Assembly (NCBI RefSeq): GCF_000582535.1
Contig: NZ_CP006932.1
Span: forward strand, 1-32,000
Source of the DNA: Candidatus Saccharimonadota bacterium
GTDB lineage: Bacteria; Bacillota_I; Bacilli_A; Mycoplasmatales; Hepatoplasmataceae
Length of the DNA stretch: 32,000 nt
Direction of reading: 5' to 3'
The position numbers and the translations under genes were made by a program. Position 1 is the stretch's first letter. The number at the start of each line of letters is the position of its first letter. Below are positions 1 through 10,046 of the stretch, in pieces. The notes below the pieces were generated by a model. It was given only the letters and a program-made list of their open reading frames with translations, had not been told where the DNA came from and did no database searches.

Positions 1-1368
1 ATGGATGTAAATAATTTAATTAAAACCTGGAAAGACATTTATTCCTCTACTAATATAAATGAAGATTGAAGATATAATTTTTTTAAACTTATTGAAAGTA
101 GTTCGAAATTAGCAGAAATAGATCAAAAAAACAATTGTATTTTTGTAACTGTAAATGCTACCTTTGAAAAACATATTATAAATGATAATTTTTATAGTTT
201 TTTGGCCGATAGCACAAAAAGAAAATTAGGAGAAAATTATAAATTAAAAATAATTACTGAACAAGAATATGAAGAAATAAAAGAAATAGAGGAAAAACAA
301 GAAAAAATTGAAATAGAAATTAAGTCTGATTCTCTTAATAAAAGATTTACATTTGATACATTTATTGTTTCTGATAAAAATGTATTATTATATAAAGCAG
401 CAATGGCTATTGCATTATCTAATGATAGCAGTAATTTAAATTGAAATCCTTTTTTTCTTCATGGTAAAAGTGGATTAGGAAAAACACATATTCTTCATTC
501 AATTGGAAACGAAATAAAAAAAAACTTTCCTGAAAAAAGAATTAAATATGCAGAAGCAAAAGATTTTGGTGATATTGTAATGCGTGCCTTTGAATCTGAT
601 GATATAAATAAAAATATTCAAAATATATTTAATGAATATGCAAAATATGATTGTCTTTTAATTGATGATGTTCAATTTATTCAATCTCGTAAGAAAACAA
701 AAGAAGTTTTTTTTAATATTTTTAATTTTTTTATAAATAATAATAAACAAATTGTTGTTACTTCTGATCAAGATCCAAAAGAATTAAAGGATTTTGAAGA
801 AAGATTTATTACAAGATTTAAAGGGGGATTAACAGTAAGAATTTATCCTCCTGATCAAAAAACAACAGAGGAAATCTTAAAACTTAAAATAAGAAAAAAC
901 GAGAAATTAGATATTAATAAATTTACAAATGAATCAATTAAATGAATTGCAAATAATTTTGGTGAAAATGTAAGATTTTTAGAAGGAGCTTTAAATAGAT
1001 TAATATTATATGTAATTAATAGTAAAAATGATGAAAAAATAAATGTAAATTTTATTTCAGAGGTATTTGAAGATCTAGATATTGAAGAAAAATCTTCTTT
1101 TGATTCTATAATTAACCTTGTTGCAAAAAAATATGGAATAAATCAAAAAGATATTCTAAGTAAATCAAGAAAAAAAGATATCATAATTGCAAGAAACATT
1201 GCAATTTTCCTTACAAGAGAAATTTTACATTACTCATTAAATGATATTGGAAGAAAATTTAATAAAGATCATTCTACAATTATGTATGCTATTAATAAAA
1301 TAGATAAAAATTTAAATGAAAATGAAGAATTTAAAGAAGTAATTGATGATCTTAAATTAAAGCTATAA
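1..1368 (+). CDS. dnaA: Chromosomal replication initiator protein DnaA (455 aa)
   Basis: Frame 1 is open from ATG 1 to TAA 1366-1368 when TGA at 67, 442 and 943 is read as Trp. This joins track ORFs 202..444 and 580..945. Motifs: Walker A 'GKSGLGKTH', Walker B 'LLIDDVQF', and domain IV 'DHSTIMYA'. Confidence 0.95.
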
Positions 1369-1530
1369 GTTTTTAGTAAACTTATCAACATCTTATTAAC
1401 AATTATTTATTTAAAAATATCAAGAAAAATAAAGCTTTTTATCTAATTTTTTTAGTTTTAAACATTTCCACATTATTAATAATAATAATTAAAAAAATAA
1501 ATATAATATATTTATATATTAAGGACAAAA
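1369..1530. promoter_or_regulatory. dnaA-dnaN intergenic region with DnaA-box-like 9-mers and an AT-rich stretch (oriC-type element)
   Basis: TTATCAACA at 1382-1390 has one mismatch to TTATCCACA. ATTTCCACA at 1464-1472 has two mismatches. An almost pure A/T stretch follows at 1473-1520, ahead of the dnaN RBS 'aagga' at 1521-1525. Confidence 0.45.
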
Positions 1531-2658
1531 ATGAAATTCAAAATAGATGGTTTAACTCTTAAAAAAATATCAAGAATATTTTCAAATATTTCATACAACA
1601 ATAATTATTTAGTAGAAATGAATGGAATTTTATTTGAAATAACAAAGAATAATATATTTATTGAAGCTAAAAACACATATATAAGTTTAAAATATAATTT
1701 AAATAATAATATCGAAATATTAAAAGAAGGTATTTTTTTAATAAAAGCAAAATTATTGAATGAAGTAATTTCAAAATTAGAAAATAATGAAATAGTAATA
1801 TTTAATAAAATAGAAGATAATTTAATTACAATTAAATCAAAAAATTCTTATTATGAAATAAATTTAATGAATGATAAAAAATATAAAAAAGAAAAATTTA
1901 TTTCTGATCAAAATTATAAAGAATTAATAATTAATAATTTATATTTCAAAAAATTAATAGAATCAGTTGTTTTTGCTGGTGATGAAAGATCTAATAGAAA
2001 AATATTACAAGGAATTAATTTAAAAATTGATCAAAATAGCATTAAATTAATCGCATCAGATAATATAAGAATCGCTTTTAATAAACAAAAAATTAATTAT
2101 CAAAAAGATTTAATTAATGTAATTATTCCAATTAAAGCAATAAAGGAATATTTAAAACTAATAAATGATTCTCAAAAAATTAAATTAAGATTTTTCGAAA
2201 ACAAATTATTAATAATTGATGATAACCTATTAACACAAATTAATTTAATAGAAGGAGTATTTCCTGATTTGGAAAGAGCATTTTTAGGAGAAAATAACCA
2301 AAAGCTTGTAATTAAAAAAGAATTAATGCTTACACTTTTAGATCGTGCTCTTCCCCTTGTATTAAATAAGGAATCTGCAAGTACGATTGTTACTCTTAAA
2401 ATATTTGATCAAATTTTAATGATTGAATCAAATGAAAGTGAAACAGGAACATCTAAAATTGAAACGAAAGATTTTACTTTTGAAGGAGGAAATGAATTTG
2501 TAATTTATTTTAATCCTAGATTATTAAAAGAAGCAATAAATAAACTAGAGAACCCTAATATTACTTTAGATTTTAATTCTCCTGAACAACCATTTATAAT
2601 GAAAGATAATACAGATGAAAATAAATTTCGTTGTTTAATCCTTCCTTTTAAAATATAA
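1531..2658 (+). CDS. dnaN: DNA polymerase III beta subunit (sliding clamp), 375 aa
   Basis: Uninterrupted ORF directly after dnaA with a size typical of the clamp. It contains 'LIEGVFPDLERAF', which resembles the conserved DnaN 'fPdy' segment. An RBS lies upstream. Confidence 0.9.
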   Translation: MKFKIDGLTLKKISRIFSNISYNNNYLVEMNGILFEITKNNIFIEAKNTYISLKYNLNNNIEILKEGIFLIKAKLLNEVISKLENNEIVIFNKIEDNLITIKSKNSYYEINLMNDKKYKKEKFISDQNYKELIINNLYFKKLIESVVFAGDERSNRKILQGINLKIDQNSIKLIASDNIRIAFNKQKINYQKDLINVIIPIKAIKEYLKLINDSQKIKLRFFENKLLIIDDNLLTQINLIEGVFPDLERAFLGENNQKLVIKKELMLTLLDRALPLVLNKESASTIVTLKIFDQILMIESNESETGTSKIETKDFTFEGGNEFVIYFNPRLLKEAINKLENPNITLDFNSPEQPFIMKDNTDENKFRCLILPFKI

Positions 2659-2660
2659 AT

Positions 2661-3473
2661 TTATAATTGACTAATTTTTAAATCTCTAATTTTTGTTTTA
2701 AAATCCGAATTTAAATCTCCGCTTATTTCAATTATCATTTCTCTTTTGATTTGATTTAATCATTCTTCTACTTCTTGCTCAATTTTTTTTCTTAATTTAT
2801 TAATTTTTTGATCACAATCAGCAAGAATTAAATTATCATCATTAATTTTTAATTTTAATTTCTTTGCTTCTGTAGTTAAAAAATTAAAACGATTAATATA
2901 TTTTTCAAATCCATCAAAATCTACTTTTATTATAGGAAAGATTTTAATTCTTTGATGAAATTTTTCAAATTCATCAATAAATTGATTTTTATTTTCTCTA
3001 AATTCACTTGTAATTTCTTTTAAATCATTTTTATTTTCAGCAATTTTCTTTTCCTTTGTAATAAATCCAATTTTTTTTCTTTTATTAAAGATATCATTTA
3101 AATTTAATTTTCGAAGTTTATTTATTAAGCTATCAAAAGAAACATTAATTTCTTTTAATTTTTCTTGATAATTATATTTATTTTCAATTTCTTTTTTTAC
3201 TTTAAAAATATTTTCATTTATTACATTAACTTCTTCGTTGTATTTATTTAATAAATTATATTCTTGGATAATTTTATTATTTAAAAAATTTCGATCTTTT
3301 AATAATCTTTCATTTTCTTGTAAACTATTATTTAAAATTTTAAATAATAGTTTTAATTCCTTATTATTAGGAAATTGTAAATTACTTAAAATATTTTGAA
3401 CACTAGCAGTTGAAATTATTGTTTGTTTTTTATTCTTTACTGATGTTTTATTTTGTGTTAGTTCTTTTTTCAC
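2661..3473 (-). CDS. Hypothetical coiled-coil-rich protein (270 aa)
   Basis: Track ORF 2760..3473 ends at a TGA. Reading it as Trp extends the frame to TAA (plus-strand 'tta' at 2661-2663). The protein is Lys/Glu/Asn-rich with a heptad-like composition. I recognised no signal peptide or known motif. Confidence 0.6.
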
Positions 3474-3570
3474 TTTGATCCCTTTTTGTTGTTCTACAAA
3501 TTAATTATATTATTTTAAAAAAATTAATAATTAATGTAAGATAAAATAATTTTTTTTTATTTTTATAAAT

Positions 3571-3598
3571 ATCATTTACTTTTGTAAATGATTTTTTT
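3571..3598 (+). terminator. Terminator-like hairpin in the region upstream of the PTS/nag operon
   Basis: Perfect 9-bp stem atcatttac (3571-3579) / gtaaatgat (3584-3592) with a 4-nt loop, followed by TTTTTT at 3593-3598. It lies between divergent genes, about 60 nt upstream of the PTS start codon. Confidence 0.3.
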
Positions 3599-3616
3599 AA
3601 TTTAATATCAAAATCT

Positions 3617-3643
3617 TATAATTATTTTGATTAGGGGTAGGAG
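3617..3643 (+). promoter_or_regulatory. Putative -10 box and Shine-Dalgarno of the nag operon
   Basis: TATAAT at 3617-3622 and 'ggtaggag' at 3635-3643, 12 nt before ATG 3656. Confidence 0.35.
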
Positions 3644-3655
3644 AAAAAAATTGAG

Positions 3656-5527
3656 ATGGAAGAAAAAAAGTTAGTTCAAAATAAATCTAACGAAAAAACT
3701 ATAATAAAAGAAAAAAAGCAAAAAGAAAAATTCTCTTTTCTTTCTTTTTTACAGAAAATAGGTAAATCATTAGTATATCCAATTGCTGTTCTTCCTGCTG
3801 CAGCATTAGCATTAAGAATAGGGGATGCTATTAGTGGAGCAGGAGATATGTATTCTGGAATTTGATGATTTGGATGAATTATTGAAACTCCGGGTGCTAT
3901 TATTTTTGACAATTTAGCAATGATTTTTGGAGTTGGTGTTGCTTTTGGATTAGCAAAAGATCATCGTGGAGAGGCTGCCTTAGTTGGCCTTATCGGATAT
4001 CTTGGACTTGTTGCTTTAGTTCAAAATGAACACTCTCTTACATCACTTATATATGATAATGTACTTACAAAAGATGGATATTCTCAACTTCTATATTATG
4101 TTACAGAAGTTACAAATCCAGATGGCACTACTACTATTTATGCGACTTGATTATTAAATCTTGGAGTTTTTGGGGGAATAGCAATGGGGATTCTTGCGGC
4201 TTGACTTTATAACAAATTTTCTGATATTCAATTACCAAAAGCTTTAGGATTTTTTAGTGGAAGAAGATTTGTACCAATGGTAATGCTTTTAGCTACTTTG
4301 CTATTTTCCTTTTTGATGGCTATTATTTGGCCTTGATTTCAATTAGCTCTAGTTGAATTAGCTTATGGATTATTATATATTCCCTGATTAGGAGGAGGAG
4401 TTTATATTGCTATTAATCGTTTATTAATACCAACAGGTTTACATCAAGTTTTAAATGTTTTCTTCTGATTTCAAATGCCTATTACTTGAGAAGGAAATCA
4501 AATTTTTATTCAAGATACAACAGGAACATTTGTTCCGATGTTTGGTGATATTAATGCCTTTTTAGAATCTGGATCTAATGTTGTAATTGCAATTCCAGAA
4601 ATTGGGGTAGTTGCAAATAGTGATATTGCTTATGATATTAATACTGGAACAGAAATACCTGATCGAACAGCCTTTACTTATTTACAAGAAGCAAATGTTG
4701 GAGCTTTTCAAGTTGGATTTTTTCCAATTATGATGTTTGGACTTCCTGCAGTTGGATTAGCAATTGCTAGTCAGGCAGATAAAGAGTATCGTAAAAGTGT
4801 TTATGCATTTATGATTACTGCTGCAGCAGTATCATTTTTAACAGGAATTACAGAGCCTCTTGAATTTTCATTTATGTTTGTATCTCCTTTGCTTTATCTT
4901 GCTTATGCCTTACTTTCGGGAGTTGTAGGAGCAATAACAATTGCAACAGGAGCTTCATTTGGATTTGGATTTTCAGCAGGAGCAATAGATTTTGGATTAT
5001 CTGTTCCTAATTCTCTTAATTTATCACATGGAATAAGTAGTTATGCAAATGGTTGAGGGGGATTTATTAATGTTCTTTTAATTGGAATTATTGTTTTTCC
5101 TATTTATTACCTGATGTCAATTCTTATTATTAAAAAATTTAATCTAGCAACACCAGGAAGAGGAGGAAACATTTCAGGAATAATTGAATTAGGAGAAGAT
5201 GAAAAAAATGGTATCAATTCAAAAGATGATAAATATTTCAAAATGACAATTGAAACAATTAAATTAGTAGGAAAAGATAATATCACAGATATTGATAATT
5301 GTATTACAAGATTAAGATTATCTGTAAAAGATAATTCTAATCTTAAAAAAGAAGATGCAATAAAAATTGGTTATACTGGACTTATTTCACCAGGGACAAA
5401 ATCTCTTCAATTTATTATAGGCCCAGAATCAGAAATAATTGCAAAAAATATGAAAGAAATATTTGATAATTGAGAAAATTATCAAGATTACTTTAAATAT
5501 TACGATGATAAAGTAAAAGAAAAATAA
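3656..5527 (+). CDS. nagE: PTS glucose/N-acetylglucosamine-family EIICB component (623 aa), with no EIIA domain
   Basis: Track ORFs 3656, 3920, 4538 and 5114 share frame 2 and are joined by TGA=Trp codons. EIIC motifs: 'FSGRRFVPM', 'NRLLIPTGLHQ', 'GITEPLEFSFMFVSPLLY'. EIIB phospho-cysteine motif: 'DNCITRLRL'. GlcNAc specificity is inferred only from the adjacent nagA and nagB. Confidence 0.8.
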
Positions 5528-5565
5528 ATTCAAGATGTTAAAAAAGTTTATGAAAGGGTTAAATA

Positions 5566-6681
5566 ATGATTAAAATAAGAGGCTATAATAAAGATTTAAA
5601 AAAAATTGAAATAATTTTAGAAGCAGGAAAAATTTTAAATGTTAAAGTTTTAGATCAGAAAGAAATTGTCGAAAAACAATATATAATTCCAGGTTTTATT
5701 GAAATACATTCACATGGGGGATATAATTTTGATTTTGTGTTAGCAGATCAAAAAAAATTATTATTTTTTTTAAATAAGATGGCTTTAAATGAAGGAGTAA
5801 CATCTATTTTAGGAACAACAATTACTACAGACTTACAGAAAACAAGGAAAACTTTTAAAAATCTTAGTCCTTTTATTAATAAAAAATTAAATGGAGCAAA
5901 TTTTATTGGTTGGCATATGGAAGGTCCTTTTATAAGTAAAATAAAAAAGGGAGCTCATCCAATTTCAGAAATTACCGAACCAATAATTAAAAATATAAAT
6001 AAATATATTGATGGTTATTTTAATAACATTAAATTAATTACTGTTGCTCCTGAAATTATTAATAAAGAATCATTAATTTATCTTAATAAAAAAAATATAA
6101 TTATTTCTGCTGGCCATATGAATGCAAATAAAAAGCAATTCATTGCAAAAGAAAAATATGGAATAAAATCAATTACTCATTTTAATAATGCAATGCAAAA
6201 AAATGATGATCTAAATGATAATAGTTTATCGGAATATATTATAAAAAATGATAATCTTTATATTGAATTTATAAATGATAGAATTCATAATTCAAAAGAA
6301 TTAGCAGATAAAATTTATAAAATTAAAGCAAAAGATAAAATTATGCTTGTTACTGACTCTTTACAAATAAAAGGATTAAAAGATGGAATTTACCCTGGTC
6401 CTAATGGGAATATTTATAAAAGAGATGGAGCGGCATGATTTGAAAACAAAATTTTAAATGGTTCTTGTTATACTATGTATCAAGGATTTAAAGATTGAAT
6501 TAAATATCAAAAAGCTTCTATTAGTGAAGCAGTGGCTGTAACTTCTACAAATCAAGCAAATCTTTTAAATTTAAAAAAAGGTAAAATCGAAAAAGATTAT
6601 GATGCTGATGTTTTAATTTTAGATTTTAATTTTAAAATTAAAGATGTATATGTAATGGGAAATAAAATATTGGAGAAATAA
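5566..6681 (+). CDS. nagA: N-acetylglucosamine-6-phosphate deacetylase (371 aa)
   Basis: Track ORF 5566..6438 was extended through two TGA codons (6436, 6496) to TAA 6679-6681, with every codon checked. It has the metal-binding 'GFIEIHSHGG', and its size and context fit NagA. Confidence 0.85.
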
Positions 6682-7361
6682 TGAAGATTATAAGTGGATC
6701 TAAAGAAAAATTAGAGCAATCAATTGCAGATAATATAAAAGATATTATCAATTATAAAAGTAATGCAAAACTTTTATTAGCAACAGGAAATTCACCAGTA
6801 GGGATTTATCAAAAATTAATTAATTTTTATCAAGAAAAAAAAATATCATTCAAAAATGTAATCACTTTTAATTTAGATGAATATTTAGAAAAAGATAAAT
6901 ATTTTGCTGATTCATTTCTTAATTTTATGAATCAAAAATTATTCAATGAAATTGATATAAATAAAGAAAATACATTTTTTCCAGAAAATCCTGATGAATA
7001 TAATAAAAAATTAGATAAAATTAATTTTTTTGATATTACTATTTTAGGAGTTGGAGAAAATGGACATATTGCTTTTAATGAACCAGGAAGTAAAATTACG
7101 GATCGTACAAAAATTATTGAATTAACTGATTCCACAATTAAAACAAATTTTAAAAATCGTACAAATTATCCAAAAAAAGCAATTACAATCGGAGTAAAAG
7201 ATATTCTTGAGAAATCTCAATTAATTTATATAATTGCTTGAGGAGAAAAAAAACGTAAAGCAATTGAAAAAATACTAGCAAAAAAAATTGATTCAAATTG
7301 ACCTGTTACTTATCTTTTAAATCATAAAAATGTAATTTTATTTACAGATCTTGATATTTAG
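6681..7361 (+). CDS. nagB: Glucosamine-6-phosphate deaminase (226 aa)
   Basis: The ATG overlaps the nagA stop (TAATG). It carries 'GVGENGHIAFNEPGS', the hallmark NagB motif. The frame extends through TGA 7239 and 7308 to TAG 7359-7361. Confidence 0.9.
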
Positions 7362-7458
7362 TATTTAATTTTCAGAATTTTAAAAATAATTATTTTATTG
7401 AAAATATTTTTTATTTAATTAAATTACAAAATTAAATTTTTTTAGTTTTAAGATTTTT

Positions 7459-7482
7459 TATAATTTGTTTATGAAAAGGAGG
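7459..7482 (+). promoter_or_regulatory. Own -10 box and strong Shine-Dalgarno of the DUF262 gene
   Basis: TATAAT at 7459-7464 and AAGGAGG at 7476-7482, 8 nt before ATG 7491. Confidence 0.45.
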
Positions 7483-7490
7483 CGATAATT

Positions 7491-9992
7491 ATGTTTAAAA
7501 CCTCAAATTTTAATAAATTTGATGATTATTTAAATATAAATAATCCTAAATATAATATTGATAGTGGTGCGATTTATATTTTAAATGAAAGTATAAATAG
7601 AATCGAAGAATATGTATCACAAATTGAAGAAGAAATATTAAAAAATGAAGGAAATATTGCAAAATCACTAAGAGATTTTTTAGAAAATTTTTTAGAACAT
7701 TTTATTCCCGAAAAAATTAAAATAAATAATCTTTATAGAGATTTTGATTATCAAAAATATTTCAATTTTCAAAGCAGTTATGAAAAAATTACTGAATTAG
7801 ATGATTGAAATATAATTAATAAAGATATAAAAGATGCTTTGTATTTTATTAAAAATATATCAAACAATAGTTCTCATAGCAAAAATCAAAAAAATAATTT
7901 TGAAATCAATAAATCAAAAATTGTAATGTGTTTAGATTATATTTACAATATTTTATATTGATTTTATGATTTAAATTCAAGTCGTGATTTTAAATCAGAT
8001 CGATATTATAAACCAAATGAAAAAGAACCTAAAGCAGATATTAAAATAAAGCAAATTTTTTATCATGAACCTTATAAAACAATTGTAATAAATGATGATA
8101 AAATTTTAAATGTTTTATTTGATGAAGGCAAAAAGTTTTTTATTCCAATTTATCAAAGAAATTTCTCTTGAACAACAAGTGAAATCGATGAACTATTTCT
8201 TGATTTGGAAAAAAGAATAATAGATCAAAAAAATCATTTTTTTGGATTGGTTACTTTAAGTAATACTAATAATTTTCGTAAATCTGCTAACAAAAAAATT
8301 TATTTATTAAAAATTGTTGATGGTCAACAAAGATTTACAACAATTGCTTTATTTGTAAAAGCTTTGTATATTAATTATTTAAAAGAATTAAAACACGAAG
8401 ACAAAATTGATAATAAGTTAGCAAAATTTATTAACAATAAAAATTTACCAATTGACAGATTTGATGATAAAAAATCAATTGAAGCTTTTAGAATTATATG
8501 AGAAAAAGATAAAAAATTATTAAAATCAAATAAAAATTATCTTAAAGGAAACAATATTTATGAAATATATAAATATTTATTAAAAAAAATTTCTGATTTT
8601 AAAAAACCTAAAAATGAAGAAGAATCAATAATTGGAAATTTAGATAAACTATACCAAAGTTTAAAAAAATTAGTAATTGGAATAAATTGAACAAAAGATT
8701 ATGATGAATTTGAGCTTTTTGAATCAATAAATTCTAAAGGAGTTTTACTTACTAATTTTAATATTTTTAAAAACTATATAATATCTCTTGTTTCTAATCA
8801 AGAAGAAGATCAAATAGGAGAAATAGGTTTAATTTTTAATGATGATAAATCAAAGCAAATAACAACTTTATTTGATTATTATATTGTTGAAAAATTAAAT
8901 TTATGATTAGGAAATAATAAAGAAAAAGATTTTGAAAAAATAACAAATAATTTTTTCAATTCTTATATTAATTTTTATAGTAATAGTAAAACAAATGAAA
9001 AAAGATTATTTTCCCAATTTAAATCATTATTTTCCAATCAATTAAAACAAAAATATAATAAGATCGATAATTTTTCCTTACAAGAATTTGAAAATATTTT
9101 AAAGGATTTATCAGTATTTTTAAATACTTATTTATTTTTAAATATAGGAACATATCAAATTTGAAGTAAAAGTTCAATCTTATCTGATTATTATAAATAT
9201 TTTTATTCATTAGCAGGAACAAGTTTTGTAAATATTTTAATTCCTTATTTAATTAGTGAAGAAAATATTGTATTCTCAGATAAAGGAGCTATTATAAGAA
9301 TTAAAAATCCTTCAGAATTTATTGATATTCTTAAATTTATTCAAAATTGAAGAATAAGACTAGGAGCTGTAAATTCAAAAGAAAATTATGGAATTAAAAT
9401 TTTAAATTTTTCTAAAAAATTTAATCAAATCTTAGAAATTAATAAAAAAAATGGATTATTAATAGAACCTTTTTTAAATTTATTAAAAAAAGCTATTTCA
9501 AATGAAGATAATTTATTAAAATTTCCAGATGATCAAAAATTTTATAATGTTCTTGCAAATGAACCAATTTATAATGCTCAAATTTTAAAAGATATTATTT
9601 TTAAAATTGTACATCAAAATAATTATTCAATTGATGAACAAAAATTTAGTAAATATGATGTTTATCCTATTGTTGAAAAAGAAGCAAAAAAACGTAGCGA
9701 GGAATGAAATAGATTTTTACAAAAATTTAATAATATCACAGAGGAATCTTGTTTAAGATTAGGCAATTATTTTTTTCATAAAATAAATAAATTAATTAAA
9801 AAAAATGAAAAAGATAGTTTTGATTCTTTAATTAAAAATATAGAATATGATAATTTTACAATAAATAATAATAGTAATTTTGAGATTTTAGCATTAAAAG
9901 ATCTGAAAAATTATTATGGAAAAAACATAAACGATTATTTTATAGAGAGATCAAAATATTTTGCAATAAAAGCAAAAGAAATATTTAAATAA
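7491..9992 (+). CDS. DUF262 (GmrS/ParB-like NTPase) protein of the GmrSD type IV restriction family (833 aa), with an extra N-terminal domain and a divergent DUF1524-like C-terminus
   Basis: Frame 3 was checked codon by codon from 8460 to TAA 9990-9992. It contains only TGA interruptions and joins track ORFs 7491..7808 and 8205..8501. DUF262 motifs: 'FIPIYQRNFSW', 'IVDGQQRFTTIALF' (DGQQR at 8319-8333), 'FELFESINSKGVLLTNFNIFKNY'. C-terminal segments: 'DVYPIVEKE', 'LGNYFFHKINK', 'INDYFIERSKYFAIKAKEIF'. Confidence 0.75.
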
Positions 9993-9994
9993 AT

Positions 9995-10024
9995 AAAAAA
10001 ACATGTTTTAAAACATGTTTTTTT
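9995..10024. terminator. Bidirectional rho-independent terminator between convergent genes
   Basis: Perfect 11-bp stem aaaaaaacatg (9995-10005) / catgttttttt (10014-10024) around the loop ttttaaaa. The arms supply the A-run and T-run, so it reads as hairpin plus U-tract on both strands. It lies between stop 9992 (+) and stop 10047 (-). Confidence 0.7.
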
Positions 10025-10046
10025 ATTTTGTTTTTTATCTAAATTA

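Noticed and set aside
3676-3912. Antisense track ORFs: 3676..3912(-), 6932..7135(-), 9019..9222(-), 16292..16516(-), 20655..20843(-), 20947..21234(-), 25450..25725(-), 26404..26646(-).
   Set aside because: Each lies entirely inside a well-supported gene on the opposite strand. They have low-complexity or odd composition, no RBS and no recognisable motif. These are typical shadow ORFs.
3656-5473. The ORF track shows many genes as strings of short same-frame fragments (PTS, nagA, nagB, ftsH, the permease, dnaA, the 7491 gene, the RCC1 genes). This could be read as pseudogenisation or frameshifts.
   Set aside because: Every checked break is a TGA in an otherwise open frame. The TGAs fall at positions where Trp is expected, for example YM-W-G in every RCC1 blade, 'CKAWRG' in SSB and 'NFSW' in DUF262. 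No TAA/TAG occurs in the joins I verified. This is translation table 4 (TGA=Trp), not gene decay.
7413-7443. Hairpin atttaatt / aattaaat followed by a T-run after nagB, a possible nag operon terminator. A similar A/T hairpin lies at 29460-29488 upstream of rpsF.
   Set aside because: The stems are 8 bp of A:T (the second has a single G:C pair) with loops of 9-13 nt. Such structures are expected by chance at this base composition, so they are too weak to annotate.
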